From an uncultured Actinomycetes bacterium (GTDB lineage Bacteria > Actinomycetota > UBA4738 > HRBIN12), in NCBI GenBank assembly GCA_963704885.1, contig CAVPIB010000001.1:288001-352000 (forward strand): a stretch of DNA of 64,000 bases, in the 5' to 3' direction. The position numbers and the translations under genes were made by a program. Positions 18,718 through 28,918 of the stretch are shown here, piece by piece. The first letter of the stretch is position 1. Every line of letters begins with the position of its first letter. The notes beneath the pieces are model-generated. The model was not told where the DNA came from. It did not search any database and worked only from the letters and a program-made list of their open reading frames with translations.

Positions 18718-20352
18718 ATGTCGGCGAACATCTACGACGCGATCGTGATCGGTGGGGGTCACAACGGCCTGGTCGCGGCCGCGTACCTGGCGAAGTACGG
18801 CGCCCGGGTCGTGGTACTGGAGAAGCGGCACAAGACCGGCGGGGCCGCCGACACCATGGAACCCTGGCCCGACGAGCTGCCCGGCGTGAAGGTCAACACC
18901 CTCAGCTACACGATGTCCCTCATGCCGCCGTCGGTGCGGCGCGACCTCCAGCTGGAACGGCACGGCTTCAAGCTGTTGCCTCTTGGTCAGGGCTACCTCC
19001 CGATGCGCGGTGGTGGGTCGATCGTCCAGGCGGAAGACGAGGCGAAGACGCGCGCATCGATCGAGCGTCTCTCGAAGAAGGACGCCGACGCGTACTTCGC
19101 GTTCTACGGATGGATCGCCCGGGTCGCCGACATCCTGGGGCCGATGCTGATGCAGACTCCGCCGCATCTCGGCTCGAAGAAGCCGAGCGACATCAAGGAC
19201 GTCGCGCAGCTGGGATGGACGCTCCGTAAACATGTGGACGAGAAGACCGTGGCCGACATCACTCGCCTGTTCACGATGAGCGCGACCGATCTGCTCGAGC
19301 GCTGGTTCGAGACGCCGGAGATGAAGGGTTTCATGGCGGTGAACGGCATCATCGGCACCTGGGCCGGACCGGACGCGCCGGGAACGGCCTACGTCTTGAT
19401 GCACCACTCGGTGGGGGACATCGGCGACGGCGAGGTCGCGAGCTGGGGGTTCGTAGAAGGCGGGATGGGGGCCGTCGCCGAGGCATGCGAGCGCTCGGCC
19501 CGCGCGTTCGGCGCCGAGATCCGGACCGAGGCCGGGGTCGACCGAGTGCTGACGGTGAACGGCCGGGCTCGCGGCGTGACGTTGTCGAGCGGCGAGGAGC
19601 TCTTAGCGCCCATCGTCATCACCACATGCCACCCGAAGATCACGTTCCTGCGTCAGCTCGATCGTGCGGAGCTGCCGGAGGAGTTCGTGCACGACATCGA
19701 GCACTGGAAGACGCGCAGCGGCACGGTGAAGGTCAACCTGGCGATCAGCGAGTTGCCGACGTTCACCGCCGATCCCGAGTTCGACCCCGAGATCCACGGC
19801 GGGGCCATCCAACTGCTCGACGACGTCGAGCAGTTGGAGGAGGCCTATCAGGATGCGCGATTCGGGAAAGCGTCGCGCCGGCCGTTCAGCGATACCGAGA
19901 TCCCGACGGTCGTGGATCGCACGCTCGCGCCCGAGGGGATCCACACAGTCTCTATGTTCAGCCAGTGGGTCCCGGCGTCCTGGGCGGACGACGAAGATGA
20001 TCACATCGTCGAGCTCGATGCGTACGCGGACCGGCTGATCGGCCGGTTCGACGAGGTGGCGCCCGGCTTCAAGGACTCCGTGCTCGCGCGACAGATCATC
20101 GGCCCGAAGCAGATGCAGGAGGGCTGGGACCTGATCGGCGGCAACATCTTCCACGGCGAGCTCACCGTGGATCAGCTCTTCCACATGCGCCCGGCGCCGG
20201 GGTACGCGGACTACCGGACGCCGATCCGCGGCCTGTACCAGGCGTCGAGCGCCACACACGCTGGGGGTGGTGTAACCGGCATGCCCGGGCATCACTGCGT
20301 CCGCGAGATCTTGAAGGACAAGGGCGCCCGCAAGAGGAACAAGAACCGGTAG
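18718..20352 (+). CDS. Phytoene-desaturase-like FAD-dependent oxidoreductase
   Basis: IGGGHNGLVAAAYL, GGMG, GGNIFHG and THAGGGVTG. Confidence 0.88.
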   Translation: MSANIYDAIVIGGGHNGLVAAAYLAKYGARVVVLEKRHKTGGAADTMEPWPDELPGVKVNTLSYTMSLMPPSVRRDLQLERHGFKLLPLGQGYLPMRGGGSIVQAEDEAKTRASIERLSKKDADAYFAFYGWIARVADILGPMLMQTPPHLGSKKPSDIKDVAQLGWTLRKHVDEKTVADITRLFTMSATDLLERWFETPEMKGFMAVNGIIGTWAGPDAPGTAYVLMHHSVGDIGDGEVASWGFVEGGMGAVAEACERSARAFGAEIRTEAGVDRVLTVNGRARGVTLSSGEELLAPIVITTCHPKITFLRQLDRAELPEEFVHDIEHWKTRSGTVKVNLAISELPTFTADPEFDPEIHGGAIQLLDDVEQLEEAYQDARFGKASRRPFSDTEIPTVVDRTLAPEGIHTVSMFSQWVPASWADDEDDHIVELDAYADRLIGRFDEVAPGFKDSVLARQIIGPKQMQEGWDLIGGNIFHGELTVDQLFHMRPAPGYADYRTPIRGLYQASSATHAGGGVTGMPGHHCVREILKDKGARKRNKNR

Positions 20353-20533
20353 CCGCCATCTAACCCAGACGTTCATCGCTGTGTCAGACCGCCTCAGTTG
20401 CCTAGGCCATCCGACCCGTCCTGTCCCTCACCGGCGCGACGGCCTGATGGGGCCGAGGATGGGCCGACACCCCGATACCCCCGGCGTCGCGCTCGCCTCA
20501 GGCTCATGGGATCCCGACCGAGGGGGGACCTCG

Positions 20534-20959
20534 ATGCGCCAATGGGAGCTGATCGGCATCACCGATCAGGTATCGGTGACACCCGAGAGACACGTGGCGA
20601 ACGACGATCCGGCCGAGGGACCAGCCTTCTTCTGGACCACGGACGGTGCACTGCGCCTCAGAGGCATGAGCCGGAGCGCGGCACAGGCTATCGGCCGCCC
20701 CGTGGAGTGGTGTCTCGGACGTGACCTGCTGGACGTGTTCGGGCTGGACGGACCCAACGCGGGTCTGCTGGACGCGCATATCACCGCCCTCAGTGGGGAC
20801 ACGGCCACGTTCACCTTCCGGGGGGACCGGGTGAGCGTTCGGTGCTTCGTCCAGCCCATCACCGATGCCATGGGGAGGGCATCCGGAACGTGCTGCCTGG
20901 CTGCACGGATCGAGAACGTCGACATCCGCGACGATCCGGATCGCTCCGCGGTCGCCTGA
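20534..20959 (+). CDS. Small stand-alone PAS-like protein
   Basis: AGGGGG RBS; FWTTDGALRL...GRDLLDVF...ALSG...VQPITDAMGRASG resembles a PAS fold. Confidence 0.55.
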   Translation: MRQWELIGITDQVSVTPERHVANDDPAEGPAFFWTTDGALRLRGMSRSAAQAIGRPVEWCLGRDLLDVFGLDGPNAGLLDAHITALSGDTATFTFRGDRVSVRCFVQPITDAMGRASGTCCLAARIENVDIRDDPDRSAVA

Positions 20960-20969
20960 TCCGACGCGT

Positions 20970-22242
20970 TCAGCCGGTGAAGGAAGCGGCGGCGTCCAGC
21001 GTGCGCTCGGCTCGTCTCTTCGTCGTGCGTCGTTCCTAGGCTCCAGAGCTCGTAGCCCGACGGCGGTAGGTACACCCCCCGCTCCAGCAGGTGGTGGAAG
21101 AACCGCGCGTATCGGTCGTGGTCGGCCGCCCGGGCGTCCTCGAAGTTGCGGACCGGCCCTTCCGTGAAGAAGACGCTGAACATCGACGAGGCGCGGTTGA
21201 TCGTGGCGGGGATGCCGGCGGCCGTGAATCGTTCGGCGAGACCGTCAGCGAGTTGTCCGGCGTGCCGCTCCAGGAACGGGTAGGGCTGTTCCTCGCGGGC
21301 GAGGTCGAGCGCGGCGATCCCCGCGGACACCGCCACCGGGTTCCCGCTCAACGTGCCGGCTTGATAGACCGGACCGAGAGGCGCGAGGTGTTCCATCACG
21401 TCGCGGCGTCCACCGAACGCCGCGCACGGGAACCCGCCTCCCATGATCTTGCCTAGGGTCGTGAGGTCCGGCATCACCTCGCACAGCGACTGCGCGCCCG
21501 AATACGCCACGCGGAAGCCGGTGATGACCTCGTCGAAGATCAACAAGGCGCCGTATCCGTCACAGAGGGCGCGCAGACCGCTGAGGAAGGACGGATCTGG
21601 GGCCACGACCCCCATGTTCGCGGCGATCGGCTCCACGATCACGGCGGCAACCGCTTCGCCTTGGTCGGCGAAGACCCCGCGAACCGCCTCGAGGTCATCG
21701 AACGGGGCGGTCAGCGTGTCCTTCGTAGAGCCTTCGGTGACGCCCGGAGATCCGGGGATCCCGAACGTCGCGACCCCCGAGCCGGCCTTCGCCAGCAGGC
21801 CGTCTGAGTGTCCGTGGTAACAGCCGTCGAACTTCAAGATCCGGTCGCGCCCGGTGAACCCTCGCGCCAGACGGATCGCGCTCATGGTCGCCTCCGTTCC
21901 GGACGAGACGAGGCGCGCCATCTCCACGCTCGGCACCGCGTCGACCAGCCGTTCCGCGAGTTGCACCTCGAGCTCGGTCGGAGCACCGAAGGATGTGCCG
22001 CGCGCCGCAGTGGTCGTGGCCGCCGCCACGATCTCGGCTCGGGCGTGTCCGAACAGCAGCGCGCCCCAAGACTGCACGTAGTCGACGTAGCGGTTCCCGT
22101 CCACGTCGAAGAGGTACGGGCCCTCGCCACGTTCGATGAAGCGAGGGGTTCCGCCCACCGCGCCGAACGCCCGGACGGGCGAGTCGACGCCTCCGGGTAT
22201 CACCTCGCGCGCGCGCGCGAACAGCGCCTCGGATGAGGTCAC
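20970..22242 (-). CDS. hemL: Glutamate-1-semialdehyde 2,1-aminomutase with an apparent frameshift near 21010
   Basis: PGGVDSPVRAF, SGTEATM, DEVITGFR, LGKIMGGG and QAGTLSGNP; a plausible C-terminus ERTLDAAASFTG* lies in another frame ending at 20970. Confidence 0.94.
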
Positions 22243-22252
22243 AGTTCTGAGG

Positions 22253-23236
22253 TCAGCCCTCCTGCAGCCACTCGGCCGCGTCCTTGGCGTGGTAGGTGAG
22301 GATCAGGTCGGCGCCGGCGCGACGGATCGATGTCAGGATCTCCACGACGGTCCCTCGTTCGTCGAGCCAGCCGTTCTGTGCGGCCGCCTTCACCATGGCG
22401 TACTCGCCGGACACGTTGTACGCGGCCACCGGGAACGATGTGGCGTCCTTCGCCCGGCGGATCACGTCTAGATAGGGGAGTGCGGGCTTGATCATCACCA
22501 CGTCGGCGCCCTCCTCGATGTCGGCGCGCACCTCGCGGATGGCCTCGTCGGCGTTGGCTGGGTCCATCTGATAGCCGCTGCGGTCGCCGAATCGAGGAGC
22601 ACACTCGGCAGCCTCGCGGAACGGGCCGTAGAACGAGCTCGCGAACTTGGCCGCGTAGGCCATGACGCCGACGGCGTCATGGCCGGAGGAGTCGAGCGCG
22701 TCGCGGATGGCGGCCACCTGGCCGTCCATCATGCCGCTCGGTCCGACCATCTGAGCCCCCGCCTCCGCCTGCGCGACCGCTATCCGTCGGTACCGCTCGA
22801 GCGTGGCGTCGTTGTCTACGTTCCCGTCTTGATCCAGCACCCCGCAGTGGCCGTGGTCCGTGTACTCGTCCAAACAGAGGTCGGCGATGACGACGTGCTC
22901 GTCGCCCAACTCCTCACGGAGCGTTCGGAGCCCGCATTGGGCGATCCCGTCGGGGTTCCAAGCCGCGGTTCCCTCAGCGTCCTTGCGTTCCGGAACGCCG
23001 AAGAGCATGAACGCGCTCACTCCGCGCGCCGCGATCTGCGCGACCTCCTTGCGGACCGACTCAAGCGTGTGCTGGAACTGCCCCGGCATGGAGCCGATCG
23101 CCACGGGGTCGGTGAGCCCCTCCTTCACGAAGAGCGGCGCGATCAGCTGACGGGGGGCCAGGTCCGTCTCGCGGATCAACGCCCTGAGGGCGGGGGTCCG
23201 GCGCATGCGCCGAGGACGCTGTTGGGGGAAGCTCAT
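22253..23236 (-). CDS. hemB: Porphobilinogen synthase
   Basis: DLCLDEYTDHGHCG, PSGMMDG, FYGPFREA, MIKPA and YNVSGEY. Confidence 0.97.
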   Translation of the reverse strand: MSFPQQRPRRMRRTPALRALIRETDLAPRQLIAPLFVKEGLTDPVAIGSMPGQFQHTLESVRKEVAQIAARGVSAFMLFGVPERKDAEGTAAWNPDGIAQCGLRTLREELGDEHVVIADLCLDEYTDHGHCGVLDQDGNVDNDATLERYRRIAVAQAEAGAQMVGPSGMMDGQVAAIRDALDSSGHDAVGVMAYAAKFASSFYGPFREAAECAPRFGDRSGYQMDPANADEAIREVRADIEEGADVVMIKPALPYLDVIRRAKDATSFPVAAYNVSGEYAMVKAAAQNGWLDERGTVVEILTSIRRAGADLILTYHAKDAAEWLQEG

Positions 23237-23997
23237 CCCCGGATGCTAGCGCGTCGCCGCGGTGTGAAGGCCCGCTCCAACGCCGCGACCAGGCCCTCGA
23301 TCGTGTGGGGGCGCGCCACGGCCGCGACGCGTATGCCGCGATCGCGGGCCTCTTCGGCCGTGACCGGACCGATGCACACCACCTTGGGGCTGCCGCGCAC
23401 CACGCCGACGGCTCCCACGAAGCCCCGAACCGTCGACGCGCTCGTGAACGTGATCGCGTCAACATGACCGTCGCGGAGTGCATCGCGAGCATCGACCGGT
23501 AGCGACTTGGCCATCCTGGTGCGGTAGGCATCCACTCGTTCCGGGCTCCAGCCCTTGGCGGCTAGCGCCTCCTCGAGCCCGACGGGGGCGATATCAGCAC
23601 GCGCACATAGCACCCGGCCCTCGCCGCGGGGGAACGCCCGCGCCAGCGCGCCGGTCGTGAACGAGCTCGGCGTGAGGTCGGGTCCTCGACGCGCCCATCG
23701 CCGGAACGCGTCGCTCGTACCCTCGCCGACGGTCGCGACCTGGGCGCGCAAGTCCGAGGGCTGGATCCGGGATGCGAGCATCTCCACGGTCGACCGGCTC
23801 GTGAGCGTGATCCACGAGTAGCGCCCATCGGCCAGGTCACGCAACGCTCGCGTCAGGGCGGCTGATCGCGCGGGAACGATCTCGATCGAGGGAGCCGCGA
23901 TCGGAGCGGCGCCGGCTCGACGAAGCAGCCGAACCAGCTCGGCCGACTGATCCGTCGGTCTCGTGATCAGAACGACCCGCCCGGCGAGCGGCTTCAT
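23233..23997 (-). CDS. hemD: Uroporphyrinogen-III synthase
   Basis: VLITRP, ITFTSASTV, CIGPVTA; position within the hem operon. Confidence 0.9.
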   Translation of the reverse strand: MKPLAGRVVLITRPTDQSAELVRLLRRAGAAPIAAPSIEIVPARSAALTRALRDLADGRYSWITLTSRSTVEMLASRIQPSDLRAQVATVGEGTSDAFRRWARRGPDLTPSSFTTGALARAFPRGEGRVLCARADIAPVGLEEALAAKGWSPERVDAYRTRMAKSLPVDARDALRDGHVDAITFTSASTVRGFVGAVGVVRGSPKVVCIGPVTAEEARDRGIRVAAVARPHTIEGLVAALERAFTPRRRASIRG

Positions 23998-24892
23998 CCC
24001 TGGTTGCCAGTGACTCGAGGATCTCTTCCGCGCCTTCGGCGATGAGCGCTTTCGTTGCAAGGCCCGCGACCCCCTCAGGGGTGTCGGAGACCACCTGTGC
24101 CTGCGCCAAGCGGGAACCGTCGGGAGACACCACGACAGCGATCATCTCTATACGGCGATCGTCCACGGTGGCGAGCGCGCCCAGCGGCAGTGTGCACCCG
24201 CCCCCCAACCGCCACATCAGCGAACGCTCCGCCTCCAACGCTATCCGGCTGGCCGCGTGGTCGAGCGACGCGAGCGCCGTCAGAGTTGGGAAGTCGTCCT
24301 CGCGTGCCTGTAACGCCAGCGCTCCTTGTCCGGGCGCGGGCACCATCACATCGAAGCCCAGCGGGGCCGAGTGCTCCGGTGACGCTCCCAGGCGCGACAG
24401 TCCGGCCGCCGCGAGCACCGCGGCATCCACCACACCCTCCGCGACCTTCCGCAGCCGGGTGTCGACGTTCCCGCGCAGGTCCTGGACGGTGACCCCGGGG
24501 AACGCCCGGAGGAGTTGCGCACGGCGACGGATGCTGGACGTGCCGATCACCGCACCCGATGGGAGCGCCGGCTCGCGCAGGACCAGCACGTCGGCTGGAT
24601 CGGCTCGTTCGGGAACCGCACCGATCACCAATCCATCCTCGTCATCCGCCGGTAGGTCTTTGGCGGAGTGGACCGCGACATCGATCGTCCCGCGCTCGAG
24701 CGCGTCCAGGATCGTGTCCACGAACAACCCTTTCAGCCCTCCAGGAACGTCCTGCGACGGTTCGCCTTCGTCGCCTGATGTCGACATGGGGACCAGCTCG
24801 GCGTGGACGCCGCGATCCGCCAAGCTTCGCAACACCTCGCCTGCCTGCGCGAGCGCGAGTGGGGAACGACGGGTGCCGATCCGGAGCGTCAC
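23837..24892 (-). CDS. hemC: Hydroxymethylbilane synthase (true stop probably near 23994)
   Basis: IGTRRSPLALAQA, AVHSAKD, GTSSIRR, RGNVDTR, PAPGQGAL and GGCTLP; a 160-nt overlap with hemD suggests a missing base at the junction. Confidence 0.94.
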   Translation of the reverse strand: MTLRIGTRRSPLALAQAGEVLRSLADRGVHAELVPMSTSGDEGEPSQDVPGGLKGLFVDTILDALERGTIDVAVHSAKDLPADDEDGLVIGAVPERADPADVLVLREPALPSGAVIGTSSIRRRAQLLRAFPGVTVQDLRGNVDTRLRKVAEGVVDAAVLAAAGLSRLGASPEHSAPLGFDVMVPAPGQGALALQAREDDFPTLTALASLDHAASRIALEAERSLMWRLGGGCTLPLGALATVDDRRIEMIAVVVSPDGSRLAQAQVVSDTPEGVAGLATKALIAEGAEEILESLATRDEAARRAGRSDHETDGSVGRAGSAASSSRRRSDRGSLDRDRSRAISRPDASVA

Positions 24893-26166
24893 TCGGAGTC
24901 TGGGTCGATGCCGATGCCGAGCAGCTCGGCCAAGACGTCGGCGTGCATGCCGTCGGACCCGGGCTCGCTTCGCTCCTTGAGCGCCACGATCGGGTCGTGC
25001 AGTAGCTTGGCTGCGACTCCGCGCGCGAGCGACACGACGGCCTCGCGCTCATCGGGCGTGAGTGCGGCCAACCGTGCTGCGTAGCGGTCGAGCTCGGCGC
25101 TCACGGCCTCGTCGCCCCGCCGGCGTACCGCGCGTATCAGCGGCGCCAGCGCGTCCGACCGCCGACGTACCACCCATCGCCGCACTTCCTCCGTCACGAT
25201 CGCGTGTGCACGGGCCATGTCATCCGCCGTCTCCTCGGCGTGGGTGGAGAGGCGGTCCCGGATCGCCTCGATGTCGATCAACCGCACACCGTCCAGCGCA
25301 GCGACATCCGGGTCTACGTCCCGGGGAACGGCGATGTCGATCAACACGAGCGGCTCGCGGCGGCCCTCGATCGCGCCTCGAACCGCGTCCGCGTCGATCA
25401 CGATCCCTGCGGCCCCCGTCGCGGACACGACGATGGCGGCGTTCGCCAGTGTCTCCGGCAGCTCTTCAAGACCGCCGGGTTCGGCGCCCGTCATCGCGGC
25501 GAGCTCTCGTGCAGATCCGACCGAGCGATTCAGCACGCGGATATCACCGACACCACGTCCTCTGAGGTGCTTCACGGCGATGCGCGCCATCTGACCGGCG
25601 CCCACCACCACCACTCTGCATCCATCTAGCGGGCCGAGCACCTCGCTCGCCAGATCGGCGCCGACGGACACGAACGCGTCGGGTGCCGCCCCGAGCGCCG
25701 TCTCGGCCCTGGCTCGGCGACCCGCCCGCCCGGCGGCGTGGAAGAGCGCGGTGAGAACCGGCCCCGAGGCCTCCTCGCGCGCCGCCCTACGCAGCGCATC
25801 GCGCACCTGCGCGTGGATCTGGGTCTCGCCGATGATCATGGAGTCCAGTCCGGCGGCGACCGTGAACAGGTGGTCGGCTGCGTCTCGTTCCCAGTGGGAG
25901 TACAGCGGCTCGGCCAGCTCCTCCACGCCGACCCCGCGGGTCTCGGTCAGCACCCGCTTGAGCGCCAGGAAGCCCGCGTGGTACGAGGAGACGCTGGCGG
26001 TGAGCTCCACACGGTTGCAGGTGGACACGATGACCGCCTCGTCGATCGCATCCTGATCCAGGGCATGGCGATACGCCTTGGCCAGGTCGTCGTCCGCGAA
26101 CGAGAGCCGCTCCAGCAGCTCGATCGGTGCGCGACGGAAGCTGATCCCGAGGGTAAGGATAGGCAT
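24889..26166 (-). CDS. hemA: Glutamyl-tRNA reductase
   Basis: STCNRVE, GLDSMIIGETQI, GAGQM and DIAVPRDV. Confidence 0.95.
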   Translation of the reverse strand: MPILTLGISFRRAPIELLERLSFADDDLAKAYRHALDQDAIDEAVIVSTCNRVELTASVSSYHAGFLALKRVLTETRGVGVEELAEPLYSHWERDAADHLFTVAAGLDSMIIGETQIHAQVRDALRRAAREEASGPVLTALFHAAGRAGRRARAETALGAAPDAFVSVGADLASEVLGPLDGCRVVVVGAGQMARIAVKHLRGRGVGDIRVLNRSVGSARELAAMTGAEPGGLEELPETLANAAIVVSATGAAGIVIDADAVRGAIEGRREPLVLIDIAVPRDVDPDVAALDGVRLIDIEAIRDRLSTHAEETADDMARAHAIVTEEVRRWVVRRRSDALAPLIRAVRRRGDEAVSAELDRYAARLAALTPDEREAVVSLARGVAAKLLHDPIVALKERSEPGSDGMHADVLAELLGIGIDPDSE

Positions 26167-26231
26167 CTGAGGTCGGCCGTATCCTAGCCGCCTGGCTCCC
26201 GGGCGGTCCGCGCGTCGGGCACGCGGCGAGA

Positions 26232-27773
26232 CTAGTGGGCGGGGGCCTCCGACGCTGTCGCGGGAGCATGCAGGGGCAGGCGAACCGTGAACGTGCTGCC
26301 TTCGCCCGGCGCGCTCTCCACCTGGACGGACCCTCCGAGATGGCGGACCAGGTCCCTCACCATGGACAGGCCGAGTCCCGCCCCCCGGAACCGGCGGGTG
26401 GCCGACGAGTCCACCTGGTAGAAGCGCTCGAAGATCCGGTCGAGCTCCTCGGGCGCCATCCCGATCCCGTGATCGCGGATCCAGAAGACCAACTCGCTGC
26501 CTCGGGCACGGGCGCCGAACTCGCACTTGACGTCGTCGGCCGAGTACTTAAGCGCGTTATCCAGCAGGTTCGACATCACGCGTCCCAACAGCTGACGGTC
26601 GGTGTGCAGCACGGGGATGTCGTCGGGAACGTCGACCGACACCCGCTCGGAGTCGGTGCCCAGACCCTCCACCGCCTCTCGGCACAGGTCCTCGAACAAG
26701 ACGCGCCCGACCGAGATCGACAGCTGATCGCTCTCCAGCTGCGACGTGGTGAGCAGGTTCTCCACCAACCCGACCAATCGGTCGCCTTGGCGCTCGATCC
26801 GCTCGAGGAACTCGTCCCGAAGCTCCGGATCCTCGGCGAACTGCGGTTGGCGCAGGGTCTTGGCGTATCCGTTCATGGCCGTGATCGGGGTCCTGAGCTC
26901 ATGGGAGACCACAGCCACGAACTCTCCCTTCATCCGGTTCAGTTCCCGGAGCTGGTCGACGGTGGCGCTCTCCTTCCTCAGCAGACCCTCCAAGCGCTCG
27001 GCCTGGTCCTTCAGAAGTGAGTTCTGCTCGGCCAGCCGATCCGTTAACACGCGACTCCGGAAGTACATCTGGCGCGCGAACACCAGCGGCGCCAGGAACA
27101 CGACGACCGACCAGGCGCCTTCCTCCACGTAGAACCTGGCGATCACCACGCCGAAGAGCGCGAGGCCGATGTAGGAGAGCAGGAACTCGCCCGGCCGGGT
27201 GCCGTGCATCTTCTTCAGGACCTGCCTCACCGTGAGTCCGTACTGGAGTGAAGCGTGCAAGGCGACGAGGATCGCGTTGATCGCGTACGCCACGACCGTC
27301 GCCGCGAGCGCGGCGGGGACCAGCTCCCACCAGGGATCGAGGACGTTCGACAGTTGATGGAACATCGCGCTACCCGCCACGACGGCGAGCGCCATCTGCG
27401 AGCGGTTCCAGAACGACCGCAAAGCCGGAACCTCGCCGCGGAACTCGTGGACGTCTGACGACCCCAAGATCGCGATCGTGCCTGCGACCGGAGGGGGGAG
27501 GAGCAAGGCGACGCCGATCATGATCGGGAACGACAACGAGAGCTCGATGTCCTGCCAGGCCGGGATCGGGATAAGGTCCACGCCGGCGATGCAGAGCGTG
27601 AAGAACAGGGCGCCCCATCCGATCGTCTCCCAGTCCGTCTGCCCTGCCTCCCACGCGAGCCAGATCGCTATAGGGGCGACCAGGACGATCTCGAGCCACT
27701 GCACGGACCGGTCGGTCGATCTGCCTTTAGCGGTCGGGCTATCAGATCGCAGCTCCAGATCCTCCAGCTCCAT
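26232..27773 (-). CDS. Sensor histidine kinase with a multi-TM (about 7) N-terminal sensor, MASE9-like
   Basis: Long hydrophobic N-terminal half; SHELRTP, NLLDNALKYS, DHGIG and GAGLGL. Confidence 0.92.
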   Translation of the reverse strand: MELEDLELRSDSPTAKGRSTDRSVQWLEIVLVAPIAIWLAWEAGQTDWETIGWGALFFTLCIAGVDLIPIPAWQDIELSLSFPIMIGVALLLPPPVAGTIAILGSSDVHEFRGEVPALRSFWNRSQMALAVVAGSAMFHQLSNVLDPWWELVPAALAATVVAYAINAILVALHASLQYGLTVRQVLKKMHGTRPGEFLLSYIGLALFGVVIARFYVEEGAWSVVVFLAPLVFARQMYFRSRVLTDRLAEQNSLLKDQAERLEGLLRKESATVDQLRELNRMKGEFVAVVSHELRTPITAMNGYAKTLRQPQFAEDPELRDEFLERIERQGDRLVGLVENLLTTSQLESDQLSISVGRVLFEDLCREAVEGLGTDSERVSVDVPDDIPVLHTDRQLLGRVMSNLLDNALKYSADDVKCEFGARARGSELVFWIRDHGIGMAPEELDRIFERFYQVDSSATRRFRGAGLGLSMVRDLVRHLGGSVQVESAPGEGSTFTVRLPLHAPATASEAPAH

Positions 27774-28318
27774 CAGACCGCCTCACGCTCGACGACCCGG
27801 CGTGTTCGGCGCGGCATCGCTCCCACGATGAACCAGGCCGCTCCTAGTTGCACGCTCACGTCTCCGATCGAGATCGCCTGCTCGATCGGCGCGCCGATCG
27901 GGATCACGTCACCGAGGAAGAGAAGCTTCGTATCGGCGTCGGCCAGGTGGTGCTTGGCGCCGCCGTTTCGCACGAGGTCCTCCAGGGTCGCCTGTTGGCC
28001 CGACGCCACCAGCGCGTGCTCGGAGACGGGCATCCCGTGGTTGGCGACGATGACGAGAGCGTTCAGAGCTAGTCCCAGGAGGATAAGGACGAACCCCGAA
28101 GCGGACAGGTTCCGTATGGCGAACGCGATCAGCGCAGCGAACGACGCGGAGAGCGCGATGGTGCCGGCCGTCCCTCCGAGAGGTGCGAACTGCATGAGGA
28201 CCCCCGCGACGGCGAGACCCCACCAACGCAGACGTACGGAGGGGAAGTCGCGAACGGTACCCCCGGTCACCAGACCGAGGATGAACGCCCCGACGATCGT
28301 GAACAGGATCAAGCGCAA
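27773..28318 (-). CDS. DUF5317-like membrane protein
   Basis: G.LTGG N-terminus, GLALNALVIVANHGMPVS, LLFLGDVIP and ISIGD motifs; stop overlaps the kinase start. Confidence 0.82.
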   Translation of the reverse strand: MRLILFTIVGAFILGLVTGGTVRDFPSVRLRWWGLAVAGVLMQFAPLGGTAGTIALSASFAALIAFAIRNLSASGFVLILLGLALNALVIVANHGMPVSEHALVASGQQATLEDLVRNGGAKHHLADADTKLLFLGDVIPIGAPIEQAISIGDVSVQLGAAWFIVGAMPRRTRRVVEREAV

Positions 28319-28349
28319 GTTCGCACACCTTCAGATGTCGACCTCTCAG

Positions 28350-28377
28350 TCATCGGGGGTATGTACGTGCCGCTTGA
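28350..28377 (-). promoter_or_regulatory. Putative sigma28/WhiG-like promoter for the DUF5317-kinase operon (TCAA-N16-CCCGATGA)
   Basis: Minus-strand TCAAGCGGCACGTACATACCCCCGATGA. Confidence 0.6.
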
Positions 28378-28409
28378 GCGTGTCAGCCAGACAGGCGATG
28401 GATCTGCCC

Positions 28410-28437
28410 TAAAGGTCCGACAGTCACCGTCCGACAA
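28410..28437 (+). promoter_or_regulatory. Putative sigma28/WhiG-like promoter of peptide gene 1 (TAAA-N16-TCCGACAA)
   Basis: Read from the sequence; conserved in copy 2. Confidence 0.6.
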
Positions 28438-28478
28438 CTTGGGGGCAGGAACCCCTGCGAAGGAAAGGAGCACGAGTG

Positions 28479-28565
28479 ATGGAACGCCTCAGGCGGACCC
28501 TTCTCTCGCTCGGCGCCGTCGCCGTCTTCTTGATGGCTGCGGGCGCTGGATGGCGGAACTACTAA
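28479..28565 (+). CDS. Small peptide 1, 28 aa: MERLRRTLLSLGAVAVFLMAAGAGWRNY
   Basis: AAGGAG RBS at 28465-28470, paralog 320 nt downstream with the frame conserved, and a downstream hairpin; too short for the ORF track. Confidence 0.82.
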   Translation: MERLRRTLLSLGAVAVFLMAAGAGWRNY

Positions 28566-28583
28566 GTTCCGTTCCCCCCGGAC

Positions 28584-28614
28584 ACCGGGGCCGCCGCGAA
28601 GCGGCGGCCCCGGT
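28584..28614 (+). terminator. Perfect 14-bp hairpin after peptide 1
   Basis: ACCGGGGCCGCCGC-GAA-GCGGCGGCCCCGGT. Confidence 0.75.
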
Positions 28615-28736
28615 AACACCGGTCTCCCACGGCAGCGCTTGGGACCCCCTCACGGGGCCGCGTCCCGATCCAGGGATCCCCCTCGATCCTCGACCCGGAT
28701 AGAGCCTGTCGGCCACATGGGCGATAGATCGACCCC

Positions 28737-28763
28737 TAAAGGTCCGACAGATACCGCCGATGA
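28737..28763 (+). promoter_or_regulatory. Putative sigma28/WhiG-like promoter of peptide gene 2 (TAAA-N15-GCCGATGA)
   Basis: One mismatch from the FliA/SigD/WhiG consensus TAAA-N15-GCCGATAA. Confidence 0.72.
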
Positions 28764-28798
28764 TCGGGGAAGGAACCAGCGAGGAAGGAGCATGAGTG

Positions 28799-28900
28799 AT
28801 GGAACGCCTCAAGCGGATCACCTTCCTGCTCGGAGCTGCGGCCGCCTTCTTGATGGCCGCGGGCATCGGCTTCGGCATGGATGGATGGCGGAACGGGTAG
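28799..28900 (+). CDS. Small peptide 2, 33 aa: MERLKRITFLLGAAAAFLMAAGIGFGMDGWRNG
   Basis: GAGGAAGGAG RBS at 28781-28790; paralog of peptide 1 with an in-frame 15-nt length difference; downstream hairpin. Confidence 0.82.
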   Translation: MERLKRITFLLGAAAAFLMAAGIGFGMDGWRNG

Positions 28901-28918
28901 GTCCCGCTCTCAGGTTGC

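Noticed and set aside
20566-20969. Long C-terminal extension of HemL
   Set aside because: Explained by a frameshift near 21010; a normal-looking end stops at 20970 and the extension is antisense to another ORF
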